From Acanthaster planci (Eukaryota): a stretch of 64,000 nt of DNA. Of this stretch, positions 11,227-26,200 are shown piece after piece. The position numbers and the translations under genes are program-made. Positions within the stretch are counted from its first letter, which is position 1; the number at the start of each line of letters is the position of its first letter. The notes under the pieces were generated by a model. The model searched no databases. It had not been told where the DNA came from and saw nothing but the letters and a program-made list of their open reading frames with translations. The stretch lies in assembly GCF_001949145.1 (NCBI RefSeq), contig NW_019091361.1, forward strand, positions 2,403,825-2,467,824, given 5' to 3'.

Positions 11227-14200
11227 TCAGAGCGCGGATGGGGACAGGATTAGTCTGAAGTCATTATCATCCACTGGTGATTTCTGGCCCGAGTCTTTAC
11301 TCGTGCTTGTTCCAGGAACAGTAGTGTCGAGTGGGTCCGAGGAATTGTCTGCTGACGATTGAGGTGCTTCGGCGACATCCAGAAACCTGGCTCTAAGGCC
11401 GCTCTTAGGGTGCACCATCCGACCATTCTTGATGATTCCGGGGCTGGCAAACTCTTCGTCATCCGATGAGATGTCTTCAATCATCGGAAGCTGGCCCTGG
11501 GCGATCCTCCCTATTGACTTCATGTTGCCTCCCAAAGAAGCCAGCGTATTGCTGGTTGACGCTACCGACACCGCGAAGACGTCGGGCCGGCAGCCGCGCG
11601 TGCTAGTCGTAGTCTGCGTGTACGAGGTGATGTAGCCGCTGTCACGTGGTACCGGCTTGAGTCTGTGCCCCACGCTGGCCGTGGGCAAATCCGACGGGAT
11701 GTCATCGGGCTGAAAGCCGTCGAGTCCGCCGCTAGATCCGCAGCAGCAGCGCGGGCAATAGCGGCATTTGAGCACCTCCAGGAACACGTGGCGAAACTTT
11801 CGGTTTAAGATCCCGTAGATGAGAGGGTTAGCCGCGGAGTTAACAAACGAAAGCATGGAGGTGACACCAAGGGCTACTAAGAGGTTAAATGTGCCTGCAA
11901 AGGCATAGGCAAGGTGCACGACATTGTAAGGTGTCACGCAGAGTATGAACACGCCCATGACAGTAAACAGGGTCATTGCTGCTTTCTTTTCTTTTCTCAT
12001 GACCAGACGGGGTCGGTTGTTAGCCTTGCGAGGTCTCTGTCTTAAATTCACCCCAAGCCCAGTGGATCCCCGTCCGTCGACTGACGTCACCTCCAGTGAC
12101 ATCACACGTCTCGACTGGTGCCGGGCAACTTTGAAAATTTTGTAATAGCAGAAAGTAAGGACGGAGAAGGGCAAAACAAACGACACGCTAAGGTAGAAAC
12201 ACGCGTAAGGTTTGTATTCCATCCAGTTGGCGATGCATATGCCGTTCCATGGGTTGAAACTGTAACGGGACCAACCAAGTATCGGTAGTAATGCCATTAG
12301 GATGGATACCAACCATATCAAGCAGATGAAGAGCGCGGCTCTCGTGGAGGTTATAATGGATGTGTACTTCAGCGGCTTTAGAATGGCCACATATCTGCAA
12401 GAAACACAAAATGCATTATATTTAAGCAAAACTCTTGACTCTAAAACAGGTGGGAGATAGTTTAAACAAAAATGAAATAAGTAACAGACTTTCCTGGAAG
12501 TCAAACCTCTGTCATTGTGTCGAGATATACAAAGATATTTTTTAACGAGTGAGCTATGGTGCGCCCGATGCAGCGGATAAGAAAATGTATTATGCAATAC
12601 GAATTACTCACTGAATAGGTCGGCTTCCAACCTATTTTCGAACTTTTTCTGTATATGAGAGTAAATCTGGCATTTATTGTCTAGTGGATATGATTCAGCG
12701 AAGTTTCACCCTCTGAAAATAACAGACCAAGCTTCCTAGCTACAGGTAGCAAATAATTATGTTGCATCTGTTTTATTTAGTTTCTATGGCAAAATATAAG
12801 CTTTCGTAAGGTTTTCTTAGATGCTCAGGATTTTATTCTTGATCCCGAACTATTTAATAAAAAAATTAGTAACTGCTTCATGACTGTGTAAGTAGGCCTA
12901 TATGTCACCGGCACACCCTCAAGAAGAGTTTTTGTCATGGTTCCCTGTTCAAAAAGGAAACTCAAAATGACACTGAACTGTCCACGCTTCAGAATGCTGG
13001 ATTTACGACTAGACGCAAACACACTATAATCGTGACTGAGTACTGCGCCAAAGGGCAAATACGGCGAGCTTTGTGTACCGTGAGCAAGCAACGATATCCC
13101 GTGGCTGCAATTTTAAGAGGGCCATTAGGGCGTCATCAACCCCGCTGGAATGATTACGCCAGCCTGCTTCTTCCGCTTATCGCCCGGGTCAAAACTGCGC
13201 TTCAATCATGTTCTGTACAACAGCCAACACACCGATAACAGGGATTGTCAGGTCTCGTAGTACTGTGTATTTTGAGTCTTGATGTTACGGAAACTACGTC
13301 TCTACGATCTATGATTTAAATTCAAACTGAACTGACTCAACACTCCCCTTCTCCAAAAACCGAATGTGAGATTTCTGATCTTTTACTGATGTGATCTTGA
13401 GAACTTCGCATACGGAAGCCGGTTAGTGCCAATTTGAAACTATGCAAAAATATTTTGATTGCGAAATAACGCAACGATATTGCGAAATAATGCAATAGTA
13501 TTGCGAAATAATGCAATAGTATTGAAAAATAACGCGATAACATTGCGAACTAACGCAAAAACTATACAAAATAATGCAATAACTATGCGAAATAACCAAC
13601 AGTAGGCCTATTGCGAAATAACGCAATAGTTCTACGGACATTATTTGGGCACGTTCGCGCGGTTACTCCGGTTAACCATAGTAGGGTGCGTGTGCATTGT
13701 CCCGTCCCTACTTTAGCTTATTAAGTTTTATTTTTTAACTGACACGCTGCTTATTTCATGTTGAAGTTACCCAAATTAGACCTCTTCTGTTGGATGTTTG
13801 AGGGTTGCCCTAACCGTCTAGAACTCGTCGAATTGCCCTATACGTATTCGCTAAAAAGCAAAATTGCCAACGTGCGTAGCGTGGGTAGAGAACACTTCAA
13901 AACAAAACAACTTCAAGCCCAGATTAAGAGTCATAATGCGTCGCCAACTAAGCGCTGAATAACCACCGGTTTTCTACTGTCCCTTATAAAACATGACTGT
14001 GAAGTGTTTCAGTTTTACTCGATCCCACAGGTCGAAATGGGCATCTTTTCCCAAAACCACTAGCTTTTACAACCCTAACGTAGTCCTACTTTCTTTCTCT
14101 GCGATATCACGCAAAACGAGGAAAAAATCCTCCCTCACGGCATCATCGGTTCTCCGTTAAAGTGATAGTTCACCCGAAACGTTAACTGCTCATTACAAGT

Positions 14201-17200
14201 CTTGTTTGTCCTGCCCATGCATCAACCCGGTTATACCTTTGAAATCCCGGCGCCGTGGTAATATCTCTGTGAGCGTGTCATTCCCTGTCAAGGATGGGAT
14301 TACAAATTATAACAAGCCTAGGATGAGTTTATAAACACCAAGGGGACGATTGGGCTCTTCACCCGCCAGGTCTTCCCGGAACTTGGAAACAAGATATCAC
14401 AGGAAATGGCCTATCGATGATTCATCTCAGGGCAGAGAGGTGGATCGAACACAATTCGTCAGGAGGACCCCTCTTCACAATTTTAAATGAGACCACTCAG
14501 TGTGTCTTGACAAAAATAAGATACCACAATGTTTTCAAGTCTTCTCACGTCTTGAATCAGAACGAACTGGATTATATATCTGCAGTTTTATACAATTTTG
14601 TTACAGGGCCTTCCTCTGTTTTAAACGTAATTGTATATTCATTGGTCCAAAACGATCACGTGACCAGTCAATAAAAACGCACATTTTCTTCATATATTAG
14701 GCCTATGTGCATATCACATGGTGAAAGCAGAAACTAATCCCTGCCTCGCAGTCCAAGCCATAATACAGGGACCACTAACGAGACTACTCATATTCATCTT
14801 ATCATAAATTATTCTAATTTTAACAGTTTTTGTATTCCAAATAACAAATCCCAGTATTTAAATTTGCCCAAGATGAAATTCACGTGCTTTTGGTGGAACT
14901 TATTCAAAATTTACCATTCAACTTCAACATTCGATCGCCACATTTAAACACGCGTGTAGAAAAGTCATCATAACAGATAAAATCCAGCTAAGCTGTTTAC
15001 CAATTGTAGAATTCACAGACTAAACTAGTCTTATACCAGTCACTTTTTGTCTTTTTTCATTCACATCAGTCTTGAATGTCATTGAGCTTTTCCTTGTGCA
15101 CCCGTTCGGCACAGTAAATTAACAACATATGGGGGGGGGGAATGACATGTAACAAAACCCCAAACTCAAGGTTTTGTTTAAGATACACTGTGTAAAACAA
15201 TTTCAAAGAGTGAAAAAATACGGATAGCAATTTACCCAAAAAAATTCCATGGTCCTCATTTTCCTTCCGTTACTTTGTGCGTAGGGAGGAAAGGAGATAC
15301 AGTGCCAAGTTAATGACAGTTACGCCTTCGCCTGCATCTCACAATGAAGATCAACGATGATGAACAAACTCGTCATTACTGTGTGGCAAACCGCGGGTTT
15401 GCTTTCTGAATGACACGTCAGCTTAGACGAGACGAAAACGGACGCTCCTCGCCAAAATCGTGAGCTCATGGTTTGGACTAGGTTGGACAACAAGACGAAA
15501 TTAAAGACTGCAATCACACAGAGTCGATTCTACTGACCGAAGCTGAAAAACACAGATCTGTGAAGTTGAATTCAGCCGGGAAACCCTACAGTAAACTGTA
15601 ATTGGAGCAGCGAGCTGACATTTACGGAAGATACGATTAGCTGTTTGACGAGCGCTTAAATCTTTTGCTAACGGCAGGTTTTGTCACAGTGATTCTACTG
15701 AGCTCATCAAATCCATTCAGTCCTAATTTCGTAACTTCGTATTACAGCTCCTTTAATTCATGTTTTTAGGCCGTGAAGCTATTGCCTTCGAGTAAGACGC
15801 GTGCAACCAACACAATAAAATCAATCCACCAATTCCATGCACCAAATTCGGGCAGCTTTTTGTGCAGCAACGGACCACGCCAGTCGTCGTTTTCGAAGTG
15901 TTTTCGAAACACTTCAGGTGGGAAAAACATTGCAAGGAATTCAAGACAGGGGTATAACAAAACAATTATTGACTCTTGTGGTCTTAGATATCATGCTCCT
16001 AACACCCTCGGCACCTTTGGCTTCGCCTCGGATGCTTGAGTTCCTCAGGTATTAAATACGATATCCCACACCTGCAGCAGTCAATGTTGACTCATATCGA
16101 GGAAAGTTCTAGGCAATGTTCAAATACAAGTGTGACACTGGCAATGTGACACTGGCCTACTCAGAATCCTCCCTTCGCATTATTGCTCCCCAAACATCAA
16201 CTACACAGGGCTGGAATTTGTACACTTTCATGGCACCGTGCTTGTGCCTTTTCCATTGCTACTGGCGTCGTACAGCAGTTGTGTACAACGTCAAAACGGA
16301 TTTCTGCGCATGCTCGTAGTCATTTGCCACCAGTCGTTCCGAAAATCTACCTCTTGCGATCAAGACCATAGTGTATACCATGAGTCGTGCGTTAGTCCTC
16401 AAAAAGGCTTATCACTGGTCACAGAATTTTATGACGATAGCGACAATGATTGTCCCTGACCCGAGCCACTCGCAGGAGCGGGCCTTACAATGCACATACC
16501 ATCAGGTCTGTAAACCTGAAGCGTCAGACGCTTGAATAAGCTGTCAGAGGTCCAAACCGGGATTACAACCAGTTATGGTGCAGTAGTTTTGACACAAACT
16601 GAAGTCGGCACACAGTGGTTCGTTGTGTTAGGTGCTTTGAATTTAGCCTTACCTGTCGATGGACACAGCGGCTAACGTCATGACGCTGGCCGTACCAAAC
16701 AGTGTGTAGCCGATCCCACTCAGAGAGCACAGTGCGTCCCCCATGGTCCACCGTCCGCCGAAAATGGAGGCAATGACCACAAAGGGAAGGACGAGGATGC
16801 CTCGGAATAAATCGGCCAGGGCCAAGGAGGTGATGCACATACCGGTCACAGTGGTGATGCTGCGGGTGCGGTACACGACGTAACATACCTGAAAAGGGGG
16901 GGGGGAAACAGAGGTGAAACATTGTTAGATTGTCAGTCGTTTCTTTAGTGCTTCACGGATGGATCCACACAGGAAGAAGCAGTTAATGCTGCATTCCGTG
17001 ATCTAAATTGATTGACAAAGGCGTTTCTTTGTGAGTGTTCATCCTCTGTTTATACTTGTCATCAGACTTGTGGTTTGACTTAGACTTGACCACAGAGGTA
17101 ATGATTTTCAGCGAACTAAATGAAAGGCTGAGGGACTTTACAGTTTGTCACACCCTCCAGTAATATGATCCGAAAAATGGAACCGGTCGTGGAAGGTAGG

Positions 17201-20200
17201 ACGACAGTGCACGGGGAAAGGACTCTTATTTACACTTTGACGTGAAGACAATCCCTTATTATTTTCAGAGGCACTAGTCCTATCCGTACCAGCCTTTACT
17301 AACGACAAACACAATGCACTCTGCAGTGTGACCTTTGTGTTATTTTATTCCGACGTCCTTGTAAGATTTCTAGAACTAAAGCCACTGAAATTGTAATTTT
17401 TCTGCATGGTCTCTCGATTTAACCACCTAATGGACTCTAAACCCGCTGTATGATTACTTTACTGACCTTTTGTAGTCTTTTTTTGTTTGCACGCTCGCGC
17501 CAAAATTGCCCTTTTCTTCCGGTGAGTAGCTGCCGTAGCGGGCATTAGAATCCCTGTAGGCATTAAAGCTCCACTCAAACGCACCATGCAAGTCGTTCAG
17601 AATGATTATGCCCTTTCAGAGACGGGGGGGGGTGACCCGCTGTCTTCATCGCTTTTCTGCTCCTTCGATCTATGCGCGGGACGTTCCAGCATTTTGGCGG
17701 CTGGAAGCAACGGAACTGACCCACACGGCGAGGTATATCGTTGTGTTTAGCAGGGCTGGAACACCGTCATCAGTTATTACCGTGTAGTCAAAAAAACTGT
17801 AATCGCTTTTGGCATGGAGACTTAACCAAGTACGTTTGGATTCTTATATCGATTGCGACCCTAGAGCAATACTTGAACAGAGCACAGAAACACACAGGCC
17901 CTCGAAGTGAAAGCCATTGCATCAATCATGCAACTCGCACATCTGCAGAAATAGATCCCTCATGACCATTGGCTTTCATCTAGAAAACTTCAGCGTTCTA
18001 ATTGATTAGCATATTTACATCTCAAAAACATTGTGTTTTATGTCAATACACGCTCAACTGGATCCAAAAAAAACAAAACACGGAAATAAAGAAATGAAAT
18101 TTTGGCTGTTGTAAAAGATGAAATGGATTGACAACCAAGAGTTAGAGACTAGTCCAGCATGGACCAAGAGCGCACTAAACTGTCCTCTGCAGTGCAACAT
18201 TCACCGTAATTAATCTACGTAGACTTATTCCATTTATTATCTTTCTGCAAATAGTGTCTATTTATAGATAGTTTGTTTCTCGTGGTTTTATTTTTCGTTA
18301 TGGTATGCTTTATTGCTTGTTCCTGCGGAGAAGCTTGCTGTGCTACAGAAAACCAGTTTAAAGCTTTTTCAACTAGCTGTCGAGAAATCCCACTTTCAGC
18401 TACTCTGACGTCGGACCTCGGCGAAATGATATATGTCCAAAGATAAGCACCTTATCTATCAAGCGAAAGCTGTCATCTGAAATTACACAAGGACTCCGAC
18501 TGATAGTTAAAGGCAGACTAGTAACAGGCCAGGATAAAAATTGTCAGTCTTATCTGGCGGCTGGTACTGCGTCAGAAATTGGGCATCTGCTTGCTGGCGG
18601 TGATGAATTTATATGATTCTCATGCCTTTATTGAAGTCCGTTCAAGAAGACTTTCACTTTTAGAGGCTAAATTTCCTGCTCCAAAGACCGATTTTCAGAG
18701 GAAAGTAACCACATTGCTTAGTTTAGGAACACATTTAAGCCTCTCGTAATTTCGCAATAATTAAAGTACCACTTGAAAATACATGGCCAAAAACCATAAA
18801 ACAGATAATTAGATGTCAATAAAAACCAATATGGTTTCCTTTTTCTTAACTTGTTACACTGACAAAAGTAATTCTGTTATGTAGTCTCTGCCATGTCGTG
18901 ATTACGTGTCACATTTAGAAGTGTCCCCAGGGCTGTTCTGTGCAACGAATTCTAAGCCGGTTGTGTTATTTGGTGTTGGATGTTCCAAGATGATCTTGCA
19001 GCCCGCAGGTGGTCTTAGTGAGTTTTTGCTGAGACACGTCAAGTTGTTGTCGTCAATGCCGTCGCGCCGCGTCATGTTAACTTGCGCAACATATATTGGG
19101 ACAAATGAAAACAAAACCTCCACACAACACGATGAGCTGATCCCTACACGAGTCCGGGTACTATTCTGCCAAGTATTGAGTGAAAACTACTGCCCCTAGG
19201 TATTTCTGAAAAGTTGCACCATTACTTGGTGTTCCGTGCTTTAATTGGTCCATGCTAAAACTGCTGTGTTTATTCAATGTGCAGCCCATTAGTAGACATT
19301 TTGAAATCTCGTCTGCGACGCCAATCGTCAAGCGTTCTCAATAAAAACCTTTCGAATATGTTTCAGCCTTTTGAGTACTTGTAGTCGTAAAACGTCCTTA
19401 TTTTAATGCGAATTCTGACAAGCATGGCAGTGGATTCTGAGTATTTACTGGTCGCAGGTGTATATTCAAAATGAAATTAATTTTGCGCTTGTGCTAAAAA
19501 TTAGGGGACCGTGGTTGACGTAAAACGTCAAGACGAGGTGCTAAGAATAGTATTAGTTTGTGTAATTGTTGACATCCGACGTAGATTTACCCCCTCCCAC
19601 GACAAGCAGCAATTCGTTCCGATATTTTACTGTTCATATTTTTGGCACCACAATTCGATTTTAATATTTCGAACAGCTGTCTGCCTTATACAATAAGGCG
19701 ACATGCCTGTTGTAGCAATCATCGGGGGGGGTCTTCCAATCACATGAAGCCTTTCAATACTGAGAACCCCATCTTCCACTGTCGTTTGAAATGGAAAACC
19801 CAGCATTTACCGAATGATTTCTCCCCAATAAATTATTTGAGGTTGTTATGTCTGTCAATTGAAGGCGCCTCTCCATGGATACGTTTTCAGCGTGCGCCTA
19901 AGTTGCAAAGAGTGTCCATTTAAATGTACACGATCTAAGTGAAATGGGGTAAACACATACGCATACAGTACAGACCAGAAACGCACATATGCACCTTTAC
20001 AGGTGGGCTAGTGCATTTGAAATTTCAATTCTCCACAAAGACCCACAAAGTAAAAACGCGTAATAGGCGAAGCTGTAGACTTCCTTCGAGATGCGACTGC
20101 CCCCTAAATATTGACTCCAGCGATGCCCTTCCATTAATTGCTGCTAACTGATCATCCTTAACAAAAGAACATAAAAAAATTCCATTCAATTAGAGGGTGG

Positions 20201-23200
20201 CTTACCCTGGAGATCTGCAGGCTTTCTTGTCCACGTCCTTGAATTTAGAAAACAAATCTTCGTAGAGCGTGATGGCAATGTGGCCACTAAGTGTGGTCGA
20301 AATCTCTTCTTTTCTTCTTAAACACATTTTTGTCCAACTCTTGGGGAGAAAACGCGATACTATCTTCAGATTTTTGATTGTTCATGTTTTCAACCCAGCG
20401 CCAATGCAACGCATCAAAAGGAGAGAGGAAGCCCTCTCTGTATAAGAGCCAGACGAGGGAATACTCTTATTGAGTGGTTTTCCACTCTTTTGGAATAAAG
20501 GTTTCATCTTTCTGAGTAATTGTTCCCTTCTAACAAACCGAAGTAACCACCGCTCCTTTCAAGGAGACATATTAGGGAGGGACCCCTCTTAAAATGAAGC
20601 AAGTGGTACTTATTACTCTTTCACAAGAGCAGACAAAAGGAAGATATTAATATTGAGGGAGAAATGGATTGTGCCAGGATGCAATGAAAATCTGATGACA
20701 AGTTCCTCTTTTTATGATTAAGACGTAATTCCAAGCATAAACTATGAAATGAGGTCCGCCATTTTGTCATTATTGTGGTATTACCGAAAAGACTTCGAAG
20801 TAAGTGATGGGAAACGAAAGAAGAATCCTCAGAACCACAAGGGCAATTTCCGGAGGAGATATTTTATGCAAATGTCTTAAACTGAGGCTTTCTCCTATGA
20901 ATTCAATTTGAAACGGATTGAGGATGATTAAGTAAGCAATCATCAAAATATATCCCACCCCGTAAAGTAAGGTATCAATCACTGGAGAGTTGAATATTGT
21001 CCCTGTACATGGATAACAAATACGCTTCGGCTCAACTCAACTAACTCAACACTTCTATTTCTCGGGATAAAATCTAACTTGACTTCGTAATTCGGACATC
21101 TTGGTAATCAGTGCAGCCTTCCATGCTCGAGCCGACTTTTATACCACGAAAACAGAATCCACGTAGATCAAGTGACAGATGTCTTCATTGACGTGAACGG
21201 CCCAAATGTGGATACGATCACAAGTAAGTCTCAATGCAATAAATCCGAAGAGCAACTTGGGACAAACGGCAGCCGTCGAGGTGCGGTCGGCCAGAGAGGC
21301 TGGCAGTGCTGGCGGTGAACTGACGCACGCAGCAGCGCCGATCGTTGCGACAGCCCCCCCCCTCCCCACAGCGCGCTCAATTTGACGGTGCATCATGCCC
21401 ACGTGGATTCATTTTCTCATAAAAGGAAGTGTGGAATCATGAGGATCGGGAAAGCTGATATCGAACAAGTAATCGAGCATTCGAAGGAAGCCAGTCTGTG
21501 TACACCTGATTAAATAAGCATATGGCTTAGACAAGTTGCACCGGTACGTGCACTAGAGAATAAGGGGCAGCATTAATACTGCTCCCCAGTTTCAAGTCGA
21601 TGGTCTGTACAGCTGGAGCACATTGAGTACGGTAGTTGAGGCGCTGTTAAATTATGCTAATAAATTAAAATGAACAAATCATGCATGAAATGAGATCCAT
21701 TTTCGTTTGATTCTTAACTGCTAGTTAAATAGTCAAGTTTAGGGAGAGAAAATGTAATCGGTAGTTGGAAAAGAGCACTGTTAAAGGTGCTTATAATACC
21801 ATTTACAGAGCGCTGACTGACGGAAAACATGCCCCGAATTAATACAGTTGGTATTATTTTGTGCAATACTATTTTGATCCTACAAATGCACAAGTGTTAT
21901 TAAAATGATACAGTAGGAACCGTATGGAATAAACTATAGTTTTACCAGAAAGGGGACATTTCACGGCACGTCTTCTGGCCGAGACATACTTGAGTATACA
22001 GATAGCCAATTTACTTTGTTATTCGAAGGAGGAAGAAAGTTGTATGCGTCGAAATTCAGCTTCTATTCAGTAAATCACAGATTCGAGTCAATGCAGCATC
22101 ACTCCAAGTACAACATAACTGGCGATATTGTGTTGTCAACAATACTAAAGGACAAACTGCCGTTTGAGATAATTTCCTTACGAAAGGGTTTCTCTCTTTA
22201 AGTCAGAAATCGTTGCCAGAAGTGAAACCTAAAAACTAATATTCAACACACTTTACTTCATACATGAAACAAATGATTAATCTTCAGACTGGTGTTTATT
22301 TAAACGATTCACGGCTGCAAATGTGTTCCTAGACCTTTGCACTCGCTACGGTTGAAACACTGTCAATGATTACCAAATACCAAAATAGCATTTGCACATT
22401 TTAATCTCTGCAGGTCTTAGATCGATTTTCATGAAAAGCAACCATCATTGGAAGATATGCTAAATTATGTTTTGTTCTTAGCGTGCAAAGTTCAGCTTTG
22501 TTGCGCTGCGAGTCTGTGCCCCAAACGAGAGACAAAGAAAGAAGAAAATATTCTATGAACAAATCACTGCTCTGAGGCAATGCGTTTGAGAAACATGACT
22601 TCAAATTAATGCACGTGAAGATCCAGGTTAAATGTCCATTCATAATTGAGTTCGAACCGCTGTAAATCATATACATGCGTACATGATTTCAGTCCGAGTA
22701 TGTGTGTTTTGTTTAAAGGTAAAATCTGCGCTGTTGTAAGTACAGTTGACTTTTTTCCTTCAAATCTTAGTTCTACGTGAACGAAATCATGTTTGCGTCG
22801 TATACACTATTTTGAAATTACAACAGAGAATATCGGCCATTGCTGCCTTTTACTGCCACGCACAAGATGACCCAAGTTACACGTTTCCGCTTGCCATATG
22901 GGTAATTCCAGAAATAAGGGGTCCATTTTTTCCTGTCACATCTGACATATGATTTTGTAAGCTCAGAACACATGTTCTAATTTCCAAGAGTGATGAATTA
23001 ATGCACCCAATTTACTTGAGAAACAAATAGTAGTAGTTTGAAATTGATTCAGGTGATATTTCCATGTCAAATAACAAAGGTCAGATGTAACACGGACACG
23101 AAAATGTCACACTTTTGTACTCCTTATTTCTAGACTTACCCATACCCTTATACCCACGGCAATATATTTTAAAATCAGCGTTCTGTGACTTTTTCACTGA

Positions 23201-26200
23201 AATATTTCCAAATATTACCATATACTTCTGAACACCGTGGGCTTTGACATTTCGAAAGCACGCATAATACGATTTTTTGTCTGTACTGAATATAACTTAA
23301 GTAAACACCATGTATTTAATTTCATTTAATTTCCAATTGGTTCCTTTGATCGCTATCCGTTTAGTGTATCTGTGGTTATTTTCAAAGTGATGGGCTTAAT
23401 AATGCTCATTTATTGCATGATCTGCTCCGGTCAGTATTAAATGCAGCGCATTGACGTAGGGATGGAAACTTGTATAAAAATTGCTAAAATTCAGTTTCAT
23501 GTGAACCTACAGCTATACCTAAAACTTCAAACTTAAAAATTCTTATGAATTAACGCAGCCGTAGCAAGTCAAGCGCTTCACTCGGGAAATGGAAATAAAA
23601 TTCAGGAATAAGGATCAGCGTATGCTGCACCGTGATATGAATATTTTAGAGCGAGTTTTAAAGGAACTCTCATGTCCGTCCCAACGTCAGGTTGACGCGA
23701 ATGCCTAACATTGGATGTTACATGAAGTTTCGAGCAGGAGGACTTATTTAAGCATCCTGACACTGGTTGGACTTGAAGTAGGAAAAAAGTCATCATGGAA
23801 GACGTACATGTTATTGCTGGATAGAAGATGGTGTCTGATGCACAGTATCGATCCAACTGGTGACTCGAGGCAGAGGAAACCAGGGTCAAATTTCCACTAA
23901 AGAAAATAAAACCAATTCATAAATACCTCAGACAGTCTCCCTATTCAACAACGTGCAACTTGACCGTGCATTAACATTCGATAATGCCCGTTGCACGTAT
24001 GTTCGGTCCGCATAGACTCTGCATGCGTTTTGTTTGTGTATCCGCGCATGCGCAATAGTGGTTATAATGGTCATCGGCCTGAAAAATTATTCTAGCAGAC
24101 GACGCATATCGGTGGTGACCCATGTGAGGAATTTGTACTGCCATTACCCTTGAGGACCTCGTGTGTAAATAAATTTCCAAGAGTCTATCAAATGGTGATA
24201 TAGTACTCAACCCTGATCTGGTTCGTGAGTCACAAAAGCGGACGCGCCACGATTTTCAGGCTCCCATTGGACGATCGCTGAAGTTGCGCGTTAACTTCCG
24301 GTTCCATGATTCCGCATATAAAAGGCGATCAATGCAGTGCACGTGTGCAGTGGGCGTGATTTAAACTGAAGTGACACTTATGGACCGGATTAGTCATGAG
24401 TCTGCGTGCGACGCTACACGCAGAACGCGCCATGCGCGGGCCACATCCATATACAAGGAGATTCTACTAAGATTCAAAGAAATATACCAAATATATAAAA
24501 TGGACGGAGGGTATTTGAAAAAAATGGAAGTAAAAGTTAAGAACAATATAGCTGGAAATCCAACATAATTATGTTGACTTATTTTGACTCTCTGAATAAA
24601 AAGGTATTTATGAACGGGAATAAATGTGTACTTGGCTGGTCTTAAAGTTTAAGACCTTGCTCAAGAGAACGAACATTAATAATGCCCTCGCCTACGGCTC
24701 TGGCATTAGTCGCGTACATTCTCCTGAGCCGGTTTCGCACGTTTAAGACCAGTCAAGCACATAATCTTTCTGACTAAGGTGTCACCTTTATGGATATCTT
24801 ATTGCCCCTTCCAAACCGTTTTTAATCAGACACAAAACAATGATTGGGTGTCGAATCTGGCTCTCAAATTCTCGCTTTCATACATTTCGCCAAGCCTGCA
24901 TTGTCCCATTTATATCGGGTTTTTACTTAGAACATAAATTATGCACGGTGATTGCCTCTTGGGTGGTGCAAGGTGGCACTTGGGCTAAATCTTATACTAT
25001 GCACAATTCGATTTACATGTGTGATATTATTTAACACCCAGTGCATGTATACACTATAGGGGTGCTGAATCAACCAGACCTTGCGTTTGTCTTTCTCAAA
25101 CGTCTGCTCATTTGGAATCCTTTTGTGCGAAGCTACAAAATGTATTACGAGTATACCTGCAAAAAGAACCTGCCTTCCCACAGAATAATAACAAAATATT
25201 CTTATGTTTCCACTTTACGTATCGGGAAGTCTGAGACGACAATATGGCATTAGAAGAAACATCTCGGTAAGAGTAAAGGAAAAAATGCACATATTTTGTG
25301 ATGTACCGCGCCACGTGTAATTAGTGTCATTTGAACATGTCTAGCCGATACCACAAACAGGATTTGAACGAATCAGAGTGGACCGATGGCATGTGTCAGT
25401 AACACATAGGGCACCCCAAGAGATATTCTGTCAACACCAAATGTTTACACTGTTTCTCCCATAGCCACGCACGCGCCCCGGGGTGTGCGGGATAAGCACT
25501 ATTATTAAGTGCATGAAGGATGCGCGGAGAGCCAGTTGCCTAGGCAACCGGAACAGCCGGCAAGTCCGAGCGGATGTTTGGTTAAAGTGCGAAATGTTTG
25601 CGGTTAGAACAGGGTTAACGGTGTGATATGAAATGATTTCGGCAAATATGTAAGAATGCGTTGCGCGTGTGCAGACCGTGACATGCATTTAGGCCCAAAG
25701 ACACGATATTATTAAGTAAATCAGAAATGAAAGTCATGTCGATGTCTGGGAAAATCTTCACCAAAGTCACTCATTAACGTTGATTTGTTTAATGAGCCGA
25801 CACTCAGCCAAAGAAAGACGAAATATAATGCATGCCAATTTCGTAAACATTAAGCAATTAAACTGGAAGAAATAAGTCGGTGCATTTGGGGGCTGACATG
25901 AACAGAAAACGTAATCAAATCGAGACGTAGATTTGAAAAAACATCATTCTACTAAGCTGTGTGGACTGTCGAATTAACAAGCAAAGTGAAAATGTCAATG
26001 TCCCTAATAGTTATCATTCACTTAAGAAACAGACCACCTCTACACGGTGGAGAAAGAGTTTAGTTTCCTCATAGAGCTCCAGTGGTAAGCCTGGGACGGT
26101 GACTATTCTTTTAAACCGATTCTGTGCGAAATACAGACTTGTTATTTACGACTTTTTACACTCTAAAATTTGTTGCGAAGTTGAACAAGCTGGTTTAAGC

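Noticed and set aside
12395..12597. N-terminal part of the 456-aa ORF
   Set aside because: Intronic read-through; the true exon starts at the acceptor at 12394, joining in the DRY motif.
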